Shown: piece by piece, positions 1 to 8,505 of the stretch
Numbering within the stretch: the stretch's first letter is position 1
Layout of the letters: each line of letters starts with the position of its first letter
Origin: a virus
Lineage: Duplodnaviria > Caudoviricetes
Direction: 5' to 3' (one strand)
Virus record (IMG/VR): IMGVR_UViG_3300023174_000190
Location: 1 to 58,594 of that record
DNA: 58,594 bases
Notes under the pieces: generated by a model
Told to the model about the DNA's origin: nothing
Database searches by the model: none
What the model saw: the letters and a program-made list of their open reading frames with translations, nothing else
Program-made: the position numbers and the translations under genes

Positions 1-833
1 TAATAGCGATCCAGACCTTTGCTATAAGTTAATCGAATCTCTACTGCAGAATGCTCTTTGGTGAATCGACTCTTCTGCATTCTCGCTCTAATGATATTGC
101 CTACAACTTCAGTACCATCTTTGTCTTTCTTCTTCGAAAGGAAAACAATTGTTGAAGCCGTATACTTTAGACCAGAACCACCAGACATTTCTTTTGTTGG
201 AACATATGCACCAACAACATCGTAAACGTGATTAGTCACAAGTAAAGGAACATTGATCTTTGCAAGTTTCAAATTCAAAACTCTAAAGGTTGCTTTTAGA
301 ATTGATGATTTGGTCATGTCTTTGGTTTCTTTGCCTTCTGCTGTGTCTTCCATTTCTTTCGTAGAAGATAGCTGACCCATAGAATCGAGAACCATCATCA
401 TTGGCTTACGCTTCGCTAATGGTTGCGCTGAATACTTTTCAATGATCTGTAATGCAGTATGGCGAAACTTTTGAATCGTATCTGGTTCAGAGATAACAAC
501 TCGTTTAGTGTCAACGCCGCGAGATTCCATCATGTGCTTAGTGACTGCAGCTTCGGTATCAAAGTAAATCACACCACCTTCTGGATTGTCATCTAGGAAT
601 TGCTTTACAACACCAAGGACGAAAAACGTTTTACCTGTTGCAGATTCACCTGCAAATGCTGTGACTTTGTTGTTGGGCACTCCCCCGTATATACTTCCAC
701 TAAGGGCTGCGTTAAGAGCATATGAACCAGTGTCAATAGTACCATTAAATTCAGCACTAGCATTGCCATCAGCAAGTATTTTAGTGTCTTCATCTTTTAA
801 TTGCTCCACTAAATCAGAAAAGAAATTTCCCAT
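1..833 (-). CDS. uvsX: UvsX RecA-like recombinase, partial (3' end runs off the window)
   Basis: Absent from the ORF track; read manually from ATG at 833: MGNFFSDLVEQLKDE...DTGSYALNAALSGSIYGGVPNNKVTAFAGESATGKTFF (Walker A)...MMVLDSMGQL (Walker B)...TNHVY...MSGGSGLKY. Adjacent to gp43. Confidence 0.95.
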   Translation of the reverse strand, partial: MGNFFSDLVEQLKDEDTKILADGNASAEFNGTIDTGSYALNAALSGSIYGGVPNNKVTAFAGESATGKTFFVLGVVKQFLDDNPEGGVIYFDTEAAVTKHMMESRGVDTKRVVISEPDTIQKFRHTALQIIEKYSAQPLAKRKPMMMVLDSMGQLSSTKEMEDTAEGKETKDMTKSSILKATFRVLNLKLAKINVPLLVTNHVYDVVGAYVPTKEMSGGSGLKYTASTIVFLSKKKDKDGTEVVGNIIRARMQKSRFTKEHSAVEIRLTYSKGLDRY

Positions 834-854
834 ATTTAATTCTCCATAAAATAA

Positions 855-3377
855 TTAATCGTCACTAAAGAAACTCTTTAGCGAAGAGACTTTCTCGACA
901 TTCCAACCAATTGTATTGACGATGGTTCTAATCGGATCCAGATATGCTTTCTCAAATTGAGTTTCATAGTCAATGTACTTCTCTAGTTTAAACTCTTTTG
1001 GTAGAATTGTCAAGATTGCAAAAACGTTCTCTTGTACTGGATTTGGAACTTTCATGTAGCAGAATTTAATCTTCTCGCCATCTTTGATTGATTGATACTT
1101 CTTTGTTAGTTTCTCTTTCTCCAAAAGATGATTGTAAAGAATAGCACCACGAACATGAATTGGTGTACCCTTTGTGTAAATATCTTTTGAAGACTTGTAC
1201 TTCTTCAGATCATTAACTCCTCGAGGAAAAGCAATGTCCTCAAATGCTAGTGTTGTAAAAGTTTTTCTGAAATCTGCAACGAATTCTTGAAACTCTAATT
1301 CGTTACCATTCATAACAATCTTCAGAGATTCTTTAATCTTATCTCTGCATGACATTGGCGTCGAAGATTTAACCGCTTCAATACCCATCATCTTTAACTT
1401 CGGCTCTGCAAAACGCACACCTTCGGAATCATATACGTTTAGAATGTATCGTTTCTTTGCTGTCCAGATACCTTTGTCTGCAATCACTTCACGCTTCATC
1501 TGCATCTTCTGATCAAATGCATTCATGTATTCTGCTAATTCTTGATATGCTTTATCAATGAACGGTTCAATTTTCTCTGTGCAAGCCTTGTCGATAAAGT
1601 CAACAATTTTTTCTTTTTCAATATTCTTAGATCCGTAGACCATATGTACCAACGGACCAAGATTGACGTATACAGAATCCGTATCTGATGCGATGACATA
1701 ATCCACACTCTTCGTCTTTAATAGTTTATTGAAGAAGCCGTTTAGCTTGTCTTCAATCCAACGAATACTCAATTGCCCAGATAGTGTGATGGCTTCTGCT
1801 TGGCGAATGTCGAAGAATCGAAACCATTCATTACCAAGTGCGCCATAAGCTGAATTTAATTGAACTTTTTTTGCGAGCTGAAGATTCTTGTATTTAGATA
1901 TTTGATTGGATAAAATGCGCTTTTCTTCTGCAGTATTTGCATTCTCATATTGCTTCTGCGATTCAATCATTTTCTTTTTATACATCGAACGATCATCATA
2001 CATTCGCTGCATCATTGCAGGTAGAAAGCCTTGCTTGTCACGTTTAAAGTAATGACCATTTGCAGCCATACAATATTCGCTTGACGCTTGATATTCTTTG
2101 TTCAATAAATCATCAATAGAAATATTTGTCTTTATGCCTGGAACAATAGTCTCTGGTGAAACATTGTACTGCATGATCAGATGTGGATAAAGAGAATTTA
2201 AGTCAAAAGAAACAACCCACTGATGCATACCTACGATAGGATCTTTAACATATGCACCAGCATACTGTTCGCTTTTGATTGTCTTGACCTTTTGTGGAAC
2301 AACGATACCACGATCCATTAATTCATTATGAATAAGAACATCCCACATACGAACTTGAGAGAATACATCTTCATAATTAACCTTCGCATCATATGCAAGT
2401 GCGAGAGCCATGTCAATCAATTTCATCTTAGCATCAATACGATCAACCAATTCAACGTCATGAATATTATACTCAATAAACTTTTGAAAGTTGGTTCTAT
2501 ACAATTGATGTAGACTTTCTACTTCGGAATAATCTAGTTTCTTTTCGCCTAGTTCAACAAATGAAATATGATTAAGAGAAAAACTTTCATGCTGTGCATA
2601 TGTAAACTTCTTATAAAGTTCAAGATAGTCTAGCGTAGCAATACCAGTCAATTCATAAATTGTTTCTTTTTTGAAGTTTGAAACTGTTGTTCCCCCTGGA
2701 GTTTTACCAGACGTTCTTTCTCCAATCTTTCTCCAAGGCGACAATCGTTTAACTGTGTTCTCTCCCATCAATCGATTAATTCGATTAACAAGATAAGGAA
2801 TATCGAAAAACTTGATATTCCAACCAGTCACAATGTCAGGCGAAGTCTCTTCCCACTTTTCTAGGAAAAACATGATTAATTGATTTTCATCGCGGCATTG
2901 TGTATACGTTACATCATTCCGATCATTATTGAATTGATCGCAGCCGAACACATAAAACATTCCATCAATCTTAAATGTGATTGCTGTGATTGGTTCAGAC
3001 GCAGATGCTGGTTCTGGAAAACCATTCTCAGAACCAACCTCAATGTCAATGTTAGCGATTCGAATTACAGAAGTATCGTAATCTACTTTACCTGGATACG
3101 CTTCATTCACATAAACGTATTGATAGTTTGTCAATCCGTAAATGAAAAAGTTTTCTACATCTTCATACTTCTTGACAAACTCTGTCGCATTTGACATTGA
3201 TCCTTGGCGAACTGGTGAAACGAATTCGCCAGACAGAGTTTTGAACTCTGTCTTTTCTTTTGATGGTATGTATAGTGTCGGATCATATTCTACTTTGTCA
3301 ATGTATCGTTTGCCATTGTTGTAGCCACGAACTAGAATCTGATTGCCATATCGCGAAAAATTTGTGTAGAATTTCAT
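855..3377 (-). CDS. gp43: Family B DNA polymerase (T4 gp43-like)
   Basis: Exonuclease motifs DIEV and GWNIKFFDIPY; polymerase motifs SFDLNSLYPH, KKVQLNSAYG, ASDTDS and KKRY; C-terminal clamp-binding SLKSFF. Confidence 0.98.
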   Translation of the reverse strand: MKFYTNFSRYGNQILVRGYNNGKRYIDKVEYDPTLYIPSKEKTEFKTLSGEFVSPVRQGSMSNATEFVKKYEDVENFFIYGLTNYQYVYVNEAYPGKVDYDTSVIRIANIDIEVGSENGFPEPASASEPITAITFKIDGMFYVFGCDQFNNDRNDVTYTQCRDENQLIMFFLEKWEETSPDIVTGWNIKFFDIPYLVNRINRLMGENTVKRLSPWRKIGERTSGKTPGGTTVSNFKKETIYELTGIATLDYLELYKKFTYAQHESFSLNHISFVELGEKKLDYSEVESLHQLYRTNFQKFIEYNIHDVELVDRIDAKMKLIDMALALAYDAKVNYEDVFSQVRMWDVLIHNELMDRGIVVPQKVKTIKSEQYAGAYVKDPIVGMHQWVVSFDLNSLYPHLIMQYNVSPETIVPGIKTNISIDDLLNKEYQASSEYCMAANGHYFKRDKQGFLPAMMQRMYDDRSMYKKKMIESQKQYENANTAEEKRILSNQISKYKNLQLAKKVQLNSAYGALGNEWFRFFDIRQAEAITLSGQLSIRWIEDKLNGFFNKLLKTKSVDYVIASDTDSVYVNLGPLVHMVYGSKNIEKEKIVDFIDKACTEKIEPFIDKAYQELAEYMNAFDQKMQMKREVIADKGIWTAKKRYILNVYDSEGVRFAEPKLKMMGIEAVKSSTPMSCRDKIKESLKIVMNGNELEFQEFVADFRKTFTTLAFEDIAFPRGVNDLKKYKSSKDIYTKGTPIHVRGAILYNHLLEKEKLTKKYQSIKDGEKIKFCYMKVPNPVQENVFAILTILPKEFKLEKYIDYETQFEKAYLDPIRTIVNTIGWNVEKVSSLKSFFSDD

Positions 3378-3694
3378 TAAATAAGAATAGATGATTTCGG
3401 AGGAACAACGATTCCTGCACCGTAGATTTCATTATACTTGTTTTTGATCTCTGGTGCAACCGACACATTGTAGATAATGTGACTGAGGTTAAATTCCACA
3501 ACCTTCTGCTCAGAGAACATTAGCATGGGCATCATGTTCAATCCAGCTTTACCACTTTGGGTATATGTCAATCCTAGCAAGCAGGGATTTTCCATTCTTA
3601 CGATCTGATCGTTATCACTTGCGATAATATCACCAACAACCTCTTCACTGGTTGTTAGTTTCAAAATTCTCAAATTTGCCATTTTAATCTCCAA
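3377..3694 (-). CDS. Conserved T4-like phage hypothetical protein (possible Sm-like fold)
   Basis: LRILKLTTSEEVVG...NPCLL...YNEIYGAGIVVP pattern, typical of small proteins upstream of gp43 in aquatic T4-like phages. Stop codon overlaps the gp43 start. Confidence 0.7.
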   Translation of the reverse strand: MEIKMANLRILKLTTSEEVVGDIIASDNDQIVRMENPCLLGLTYTQSGKAGLNMMPMLMFSEQKVVEFNLSHIIYNVSVAPEIKNKYNEIYGAGIVVPPKSSILI

Positions 3695-3701
3695 AATTAA
3701 A

Positions 3702-3721
3702 TGGGGGCAATTAAGCCCCCA
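3702..3721 (-). terminator. GC-rich hairpin, probable intrinsic terminator
   Basis: Perfect 7-bp stem TGGGGGC/GCCCCCA with a 6-nt loop, followed by TTTAATTTT on the minus strand. Confidence 0.55.
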
Positions 3722-3748
3722 CGATTAATCTATCACTTCACAAATATT

Positions 3749-3916
3749 TTAAAGTAGACCTCTAGCTTTTAATGCTTTAGTTCTAGATTCAAGATCAGCA
3801 TGATCTATTGATTGTGATAGATAAAAATCAACATATCCCTTTGCACGATACATTTGACTGGCTTGAATGCCTTCAAAGATTGAACAAAAGACTTTTTTGA
3901 TTGTATTATAAACCAT
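3749..3916 (-). CDS. 55-aa protein, DUF3563-like (missed by the ORF track)
   Basis: Manual translation: MVYNTIKKVFCSIFEGIQASQMYRAKGYVDFYLSQSIDHADLESRTKALKARGLL*. YLSQSxDxxDLExR resembles the DUF3563 signature. The start overlaps the 3' end of hsp20. Confidence 0.7.
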   Translation of the reverse strand: MVYNTIKKVFCSIFEGIQASQMYRAKGYVDFYLSQSIDHADLESRTKALKARGLL

Positions 3917-4406
3917 GATTGCTATTCTCCGTTAGATACTGTTTCGAATTAGACTTTGAAGCAGAATCATTAACAGCAATTTTCTTTGGCTTGCGATGTT
4001 CTGGAATAATTCTTTCCAAGAACACTTTCAACATGCCATTAAACATCTCTGCATTCTTCACCTCAATCTGATCATTGAGTGCAAATGTGCGAGAGAATGC
4101 ACGATTAGCAATTCCTTTAAACAAGAAACCGTCAGATTCATCTGACTTTGAATTTCCACTAACAATTAATTTGCCATCATTTAGTTCAATTTCAATATCT
4201 TGCGTTCCGAAACCAGCAACAGCAATTTCAATAAGATAGGTATTCTCACCTGTCTTTTTGATATTGTATGGAGGATAGTTTGGTACATTTTTTGTAATAT
4301 CGTCATGCATTTTTGCTAAACGATTATACTGATCATCGAATCCGACATAAAACTTGTCGAAGTCTTTAAACATTTCAAATGGCGAGCGAAGGGACAAATG
4401 TGTCAT
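3906..4406 (-). CDS. hsp20: Small heat-shock protein (Hsp20/IbpA family)
   Basis: NYPPYNI, IEIAVAGF, KGIANRAFSRTFAL and AEMFNGML alpha-crystallin motifs. Confidence 0.96.
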   Translation of the reverse strand: MTHLSLRSPFEMFKDFDKFYVGFDDQYNRLAKMHDDITKNVPNYPPYNIKKTGENTYLIEIAVAGFGTQDIEIELNDGKLIVSGNSKSDESDGFLFKGIANRAFSRTFALNDQIEVKNAEMFNGMLKVFLERIIPEHRKPKKIAVNDSASKSNSKQYLTENSNHGL

Positions 4407-4410
4407 AGTA

Positions 4411-4460
4411 GTTCTCCTTAAATAAGCGAGTTTAATTTCGTTGTCCTAAAAAGGCACAAC
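4411..4460 (-). promoter_or_regulatory. ROSE-like RNA thermometer in the hsp20 5' UTR
   Basis: The mRNA reads CUCGCUU-AUUU-AAGGAG; UCGCU pairs with the SD leaving a bulged G. A second hairpin, GUUGUGCCU-UUUU-AGGACAAC, lies upstream. Confidence 0.6.
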
Positions 4461-4466
4461 TAATTG

Positions 4467-4496
4467 AAAAAGTGTCAGCAACGTGCTGACACTTTT
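4467..4496 (-). terminator. Intrinsic terminator-like hairpin downstream of the HTH gene
   Basis: AAAAGTGTCAGCA-acg-TGCTGACACTTTT inverted repeat with A/T tracts on both sides. Confidence 0.7.
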
Positions 4497-4503
4497 ATTT
4501 ATA
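4496..4503 (-). promoter_or_regulatory. T4-type late promoter TATAAATA upstream of hsp20
   Basis: Exact TATAAATA on the minus strand in an intergenic position; gp55 is encoded in the window. Confidence 0.7.
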
Positions 4504-4507
4504 CAGA

Positions 4508-4735
4508 TTAGACCTGTCCAACCTTACGGCGTGACACAAAATATACAGTATTACCAACCGTATTAATGTCGCGGCGAACTTTAAATCCAGCTTTACGAAG
4601 GTCGCTAATTCGTGCGCTTAGATTTTTGATTCCAAAGATTGCCATTGCTTGTGCTGCAGAGATTCCGCGCTTGGTGCCGCGAAGATACTTGACAAGCAAC
4701 TGAACTTGGGTTTTGGTTGAATTTACGAATGCCAT
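4508..4735 (-). CDS. Small basic (winged) helix-turn-helix protein
   Basis: ISAAQAMAIFGIKNLSARISDLRKAGFKV is an HTH-like pattern; SD GAGG; own sigma70-like promoter. Confidence 0.75.
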   Translation of the reverse strand: MAFVNSTKTQVQLLVKYLRGTKRGISAAQAMAIFGIKNLSARISDLRKAGFKVRRDINTVGNTVYFVSRRKVGQV

Positions 4736-4785
4736 AATATTACCTCATAGTTAAAAAATGTGCCTTTAATTCCTAGGCACAAAGG

Positions 4786-4814
4786 ATCATATCACGAAGG
4801 ATATTCTTTGTCAA
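4786..4814 (-). promoter_or_regulatory. Sigma70-type promoter for the HTH gene
   Basis: TTGACA-17 nt-TATGAT with an extended -10 TG. Confidence 0.75.
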
Positions 4815-4815
4815 A

Positions 4816-5250
4816 TCAACGTAGCGTGGATCTAATCATCCAGGCATGTTTTCTGAATGCGTCTTGACGTTCTGCCATGAAATTGCTAAGACCATGCTCT
4901 CCTTGCTGTTCAGCCAAGTTATAAACTCTATCAATACTTGCTTGCATTGTATCGATATCGTTTAGTAATCTTCTTAGCATGTCTTCTGACATTGGAATGG
5001 AATCATCACCTTGAATCTGTGATAGCTGAATGAATCTCTGGAAACTTCCAGGAGCATATGCATCCATTGCACGGATTTCTTCAGCAATCTTATCAACTAC
5101 ACCATATACTTCTGTATAGATGTTTTCTAAAAATTCATGATATTGAGGAAAGTTTGGACCAGTAATGTTCCAATGATAGTAGTGGGCTTTTAAATAAAAT
5201 GAATAATGATTAGCTAACAAAATTTTAGTTGCTTGAATTAACTCTTCCAT
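4816..5250 (-). CDS. dps: Dps/ferritin-like protein
   Basis: KAHYYHWNITGPNFPQYHEFLENIY and DKIAEEIR ferroxidase-centre motifs; C-terminal KHAWMIRS. Confidence 0.93.
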   Translation of the reverse strand: MEELIQATKILLANHYSFYLKAHYYHWNITGPNFPQYHEFLENIYTEVYGVVDKIAEEIRAMDAYAPGSFQRFIQLSQIQGDDSIPMSEDMLRRLLNDIDTMQASIDRVYNLAEQQGEHGLSNFMAERQDAFRKHAWMIRSTLR

Positions 5251-5251
5251 T

Positions 5252-5662
5252 TTAGTTTGCTTCCCTCTTTTTTCCGATATTGTATTTAGCTGTGAGAGTC
5301 CATTCAGATTTTTCTTTGTAAGAGATTATTTTGATTTGAGATAGTGGTGCAATTGGTTGTTGTTCATGATCTGCTTTGTTTACAATCTCAATCAATCCCC
5401 ATTCAACTAGAAGTTTAGCAATTGCATTTCTTCTGCCTAAATCATTCTCTTCAAAGTCTGTTGGCTTTCCGTCTAGTGCGAATAATTCTTTAAAGTGGAC
5501 GATATAATATTTGCCTTTCTTGTGTAGAATATGGCAAGACTGATATAGAGTTTTATCTTTCCTAGAAGCAACGCCGATTCTAGTCAATGTCTCTTTAACC
5601 TTTAGGAAATCGTCTTCTTGCTTTAATCTGACTTCCAATAAATCATCAATGTTCACCGCCAT
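5252..5662 (-). CDS. regA: RegA translational repressor
   Basis: DDFLKVKETLTRIGVAS...LYQSCHILHKKGKYYIVHFKELF...RRNAIAKLLVEWGL. Confidence 0.97.
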   Translation of the reverse strand: MAVNIDDLLEVRLKQEDDFLKVKETLTRIGVASRKDKTLYQSCHILHKKGKYYIVHFKELFALDGKPTDFEENDLGRRNAIAKLLVEWGLIEIVNKADHEQQPIAPLSQIKIISYKEKSEWTLTAKYNIGKKREAN

Positions 5663-6056
5663 TCTTTTTCTCCTTGGTTGTTTTCACACCACCTTTTTCT
5701 AATTTAGTCTTCATGATTTTTAATTGATCCGGAGTAATGATATTCTGAATTTGTTTCGCTTTAGAATAGCTGTATCCGAAGTATTCGCTAATTACGCGAA
5801 TGTCTTCAATTACTTCATTTTTAAACCACTTGCTATAACGCTTTCGTGGTCTGACAATATTTAGTAAATAGAGAAATTGTGGTTTATTATCAAGAAGATG
5901 TTTACTATTCATTTCATTTGCATAGAAGACGGTATCACTAAAGTATGATAAGCCTTTGTTTACAATGAAAGGAACGTATTCTTTTTCTGAAAGATCGTCA
6001 ACAATCAAGTTTTCTTTTGATTGATTGATTGCGTTTATGTAATCAAATGGATTCAT
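5646..6056 (-). CDS. gp62: Clamp loader small subunit
   Basis: MNPFDYINAIN...YVPFIVNKGLSYF.DTV..ANEMN...RKRYSKW; position between gp44 and regA. Confidence 0.93.
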   Translation of the reverse strand: MNPFDYINAINQSKENLIVDDLSEKEYVPFIVNKGLSYFSDTVFYANEMNSKHLLDNKPQFLYLLNIVRPRKRYSKWFKNEVIEDIRVISEYFGYSYSKAKQIQNIITPDQLKIMKTKLEKGGVKTTKEKKNGGEH

Positions 6057-6057
6057 A

Positions 6058-6534
6058 TTAATATTTAGAAGTATTATACTTCATCATCTCGTTTATTGCA
6101 TAGTCATCAATCTTATGTATTCGGGTGACTGCATCTTGTTCAATTGGAATTAAAAGCATTTCGCGAAATGTTCCGTCACCTCGAGGAACTTTCTTTGTTT
6201 TGCATTTAAATGTTTTTGGCTCTACGCTATAAAGCCAACCAGTCAAATCTGATTTAAACTTGAATGCTGGAATAGTAACGAAATACAATTCATCAACATA
6301 CCTACATTTATCCAATTGAGCCCTATGAACCGAGAATGCTCGCTCTGAGATAAATGGGACTCCAGTCTTTACTTCGACAGTTTTTGTGCCATCGACAAGT
6401 AAATCTTTTCTGGAGTCAAACTTATCCAATGAATGTTTCACTACACGATTATTTTCTGCAAGATAGTTAGCAACATATTTTTCACCAATCAATCCTAATG
6501 CTTCAATCTTCTGCTCTGTTGTCATGTGTTGCAT
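6058..6534 (-). CDS. Hypothetical protein, PD-(D/E)XK nuclease-like
   Basis: G.IGEKYV helix with E, then KDLLVDG and VEVKT, giving E...D...ExK spacing. Confidence 0.55.
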   Translation of the reverse strand: MQHMTTEQKIEALGLIGEKYVANYLAENNRVVKHSLDKFDSRKDLLVDGTKTVEVKTGVPFISERAFSVHRAQLDKCRYVDELYFVTIPAFKFKSDLTGWLYSVEPKTFKCKTKKVPRGDGTFREMLLIPIEQDAVTRIHKIDDYAINEMMKYNTSKY

Positions 6535-6546
6535 GATATACTACCT

Positions 6547-7485
6547 TCACTTAAATTCACAGTCAGCCATAGCTTCTGCAAGAAATGCTACGAAATTGAC
6601 TTCTTGATCAGCAACAAATGCGGATTTATATTGATACTCTGCAAGCAGAACAACCATTCGAGGAATGGATCTCGGCTGCATATGCTCATTGGTTGCATCG
6701 AAAATCTTTCGAAACAATGACGTTGGATCATTGTCTAAATTCTCTGCAACCCATTTACGCATGGCAGTGAAGTCTTTTTCTTTAAGAGTTTCTACAAGTT
6801 TCTTAAAGTTGTCTGATGACATGTTTGAAAGAATGCCAGTATCAATTTTACCAGTTGCAGCATAACGCTGCAGTTCATTTAGAACCCTACGCCAATCTGG
6901 AAAGTATTTTGTAATTAACTCTGCAACAACCCGTTCTTCATATTCTACTTTTTCTTGCTGTAGAATACCAAGAACTCGCTTTAGAAACTTTGTTGCGAGT
7001 TTAGCACGATTACCATTTACAATCTTGAATTGGACAACTGAGCACCGACTGTGTAGTGGTGCAATAATTCTGTTGAGAAAATTACAAGTGAGGATAAAAC
7101 CGCAATTAGCAGAAAACTCTTCCATAAAGTTTCGCAATGCTGGTTGAGTAGAATTTGGATTAAGGTAATCTGCTTCATCAAGAATGACATACTTTCTTCC
7201 GCCAGTAAACGAAACTGACGAAGCAAAGTTCTGAATCTGATTTCGAAGAGTGTCAATATTTCCATTCATCGATCCGTTAATTACAATGTAGGTGCATCCA
7301 ATTTCTTCAAGCATTGCCTTTGCTACAGTAGTCTTACCTACACCCGGACCACCAGCAAGAATTAGATTAGGAACGCTCTTATCGTCAACAAATTTCTGAA
7401 ATGCAGTTTTAAGGTCTGGAGGAAGAATTGTATCTTCAACAGTCTTTGGTCGATACTTCTCGACCCAGAGAAAATCTTCTAACAT
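6547..7485 (-). CDS. gp44: Clamp loader large subunit (AAA+)
   Basis: LWVEKYRP, GGPGVGKTT, ILDEAD, LHSRC and FPDWRRVLNELQRY motifs. Confidence 0.97.
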   Translation of the reverse strand: MLEDFLWVEKYRPKTVEDTILPPDLKTAFQKFVDDKSVPNLILAGGPGVGKTTVAKAMLEEIGCTYIVINGSMNGNIDTLRNQIQNFASSVSFTGGRKYVILDEADYLNPNSTQPALRNFMEEFSANCGFILTCNFLNRIIAPLHSRCSVVQFKIVNGNRAKLATKFLKRVLGILQQEKVEYEERVVAELITKYFPDWRRVLNELQRYAATGKIDTGILSNMSSDNFKKLVETLKEKDFTAMRKWVAENLDNDPTSLFRKIFDATNEHMQPRSIPRMVVLLAEYQYKSAFVADQEVNFVAFLAEAMADCEFK

Positions 7486-7514
7486 AGTTCGCCTTATTCA
7501 TAATATGAAGAAGC

Positions 7515-7543
7515 ATGATAGCACAACCGATGTTATCATGCAA
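7515..7543 (-). promoter_or_regulatory. Sigma70-like promoter for gp44, embedded in an inverted repeat
   Basis: TTGCAT-17 nt-TATCAT, overlapped by GCATGATAGCA/TGTTATCATGC (7513-7541, one mismatch). Confidence 0.5.
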
Positions 7544-7551
7544 GAACGGCA

Positions 7552-7827
7552 TCACTTACCAGTCACGGTTTCATATAGAGATTCAACATCATCTTGCTCT
7601 TTTTGAAATTGTGCAAAGTTTTGTTTGTGAAAAAACTTTGCAACTTTCCGAGTATACTTTTTAGGAATCTCGTAATTGTCTTCCACGGTTTGTAGAATGT
7701 CTTTAATCAAATCACGCTCGGCTTCCATGCGAGTTAGTGAAGATGAAATCTCATTCAATGCATCATTGATTTTTTTCAAATCAGCAGGCGAAGTTGGAAG
7801 TGCCCAGTTTTGATTCTTATTGCTCAT
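7552..7827 (-). CDS. dsbA: Phage double-stranded DNA-binding protein (T4 DsbA-like)
   Basis: About 90 aa, helical; EISSSLTRMEAERDLIKDI...IPKK..RKVAKFFHKQNF...ESLYE matches the T4 DsbA-family pattern. Confidence 0.75.
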   Translation of the reverse strand: MSNKNQNWALPTSPADLKKINDALNEISSSLTRMEAERDLIKDILQTVEDNYEIPKKYTRKVAKFFHKQNFAQFQKEQDDVESLYETVTGK

Positions 7828-7833
7828 AATATA

Positions 7834-8505
7834 TTAACCCTCGTATTTAGAACCAGCTTCAGTTGCAAGCCAATATTCAATTGGACTTGTTGTATTTTTA
7901 AAATGGGAGATACCCTTTGATGAAATTTGAACATCATATGATCCAGAAGTCATTTTAAGATTCTCTGTATTAAAGATGATTTTAAACTTTGCTTTAGTGT
8001 CGCCAACCTTAATTGAGAATAGATCGGAGTCGCCATTCTTTGCATCGGTTGTGCAAACTACAATCTCTGATCCATCACCAACAACAGCAATGTTTGGAAG
8101 TGCGAGCATACCTGCCAGCTTTAGAACCTTTGCATAGTTGTCTGCAGACAATTGAAATTTAATTTCAGCATTCTCTACTTTCAATTCTTTTGACGGAGGA
8201 GCAACAATCAATGATTCATCAGAAAGACCATAAACGCATTTCGAAGTTCCAGAATTGATTTGAACTTTTTTCGTTTCAGCATTGAAAACGATATCTGGAT
8301 TGTCTAGAGCAGACACTACAGATAGGAATCGATTCATATCATAGATTACGAAATCGGAATCAAATGTCTCAGAGACAGTTGCTTTACCCAAAACGTTTTG
8401 TTGTTTCGATACCGTTCGAACAATGTTTCCAGCTTTGAATTGCATACCAGGATTAATGTTTGCAAAATTTCGCAAAATATTAATCGTATTTTCACTTAGT
8501 TTCAT
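7834..8505 (-). CDS. gp45: Sliding clamp
   Basis: Start moved to MKLSENTINILRNFANIN; FVIYDMNRFL, ENLKM..GSYDV and YWLATE motifs. Confidence 0.95.
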   Translation of the reverse strand: MKLSENTINILRNFANINPGMQFKAGNIVRTVSKQQNVLGKATVSETFDSDFVIYDMNRFLSVVSALDNPDIVFNAETKKVQINSGTSKCVYGLSDESLIVAPPSKELKVENAEIKFQLSADNYAKVLKLAGMLALPNIAVVGDGSEIVVCTTDAKNGDSDLFSIKVGDTKAKFKIIFNTENLKMTSGSYDVQISSKGISHFKNTTSPIEYWLATEAGSKYEG

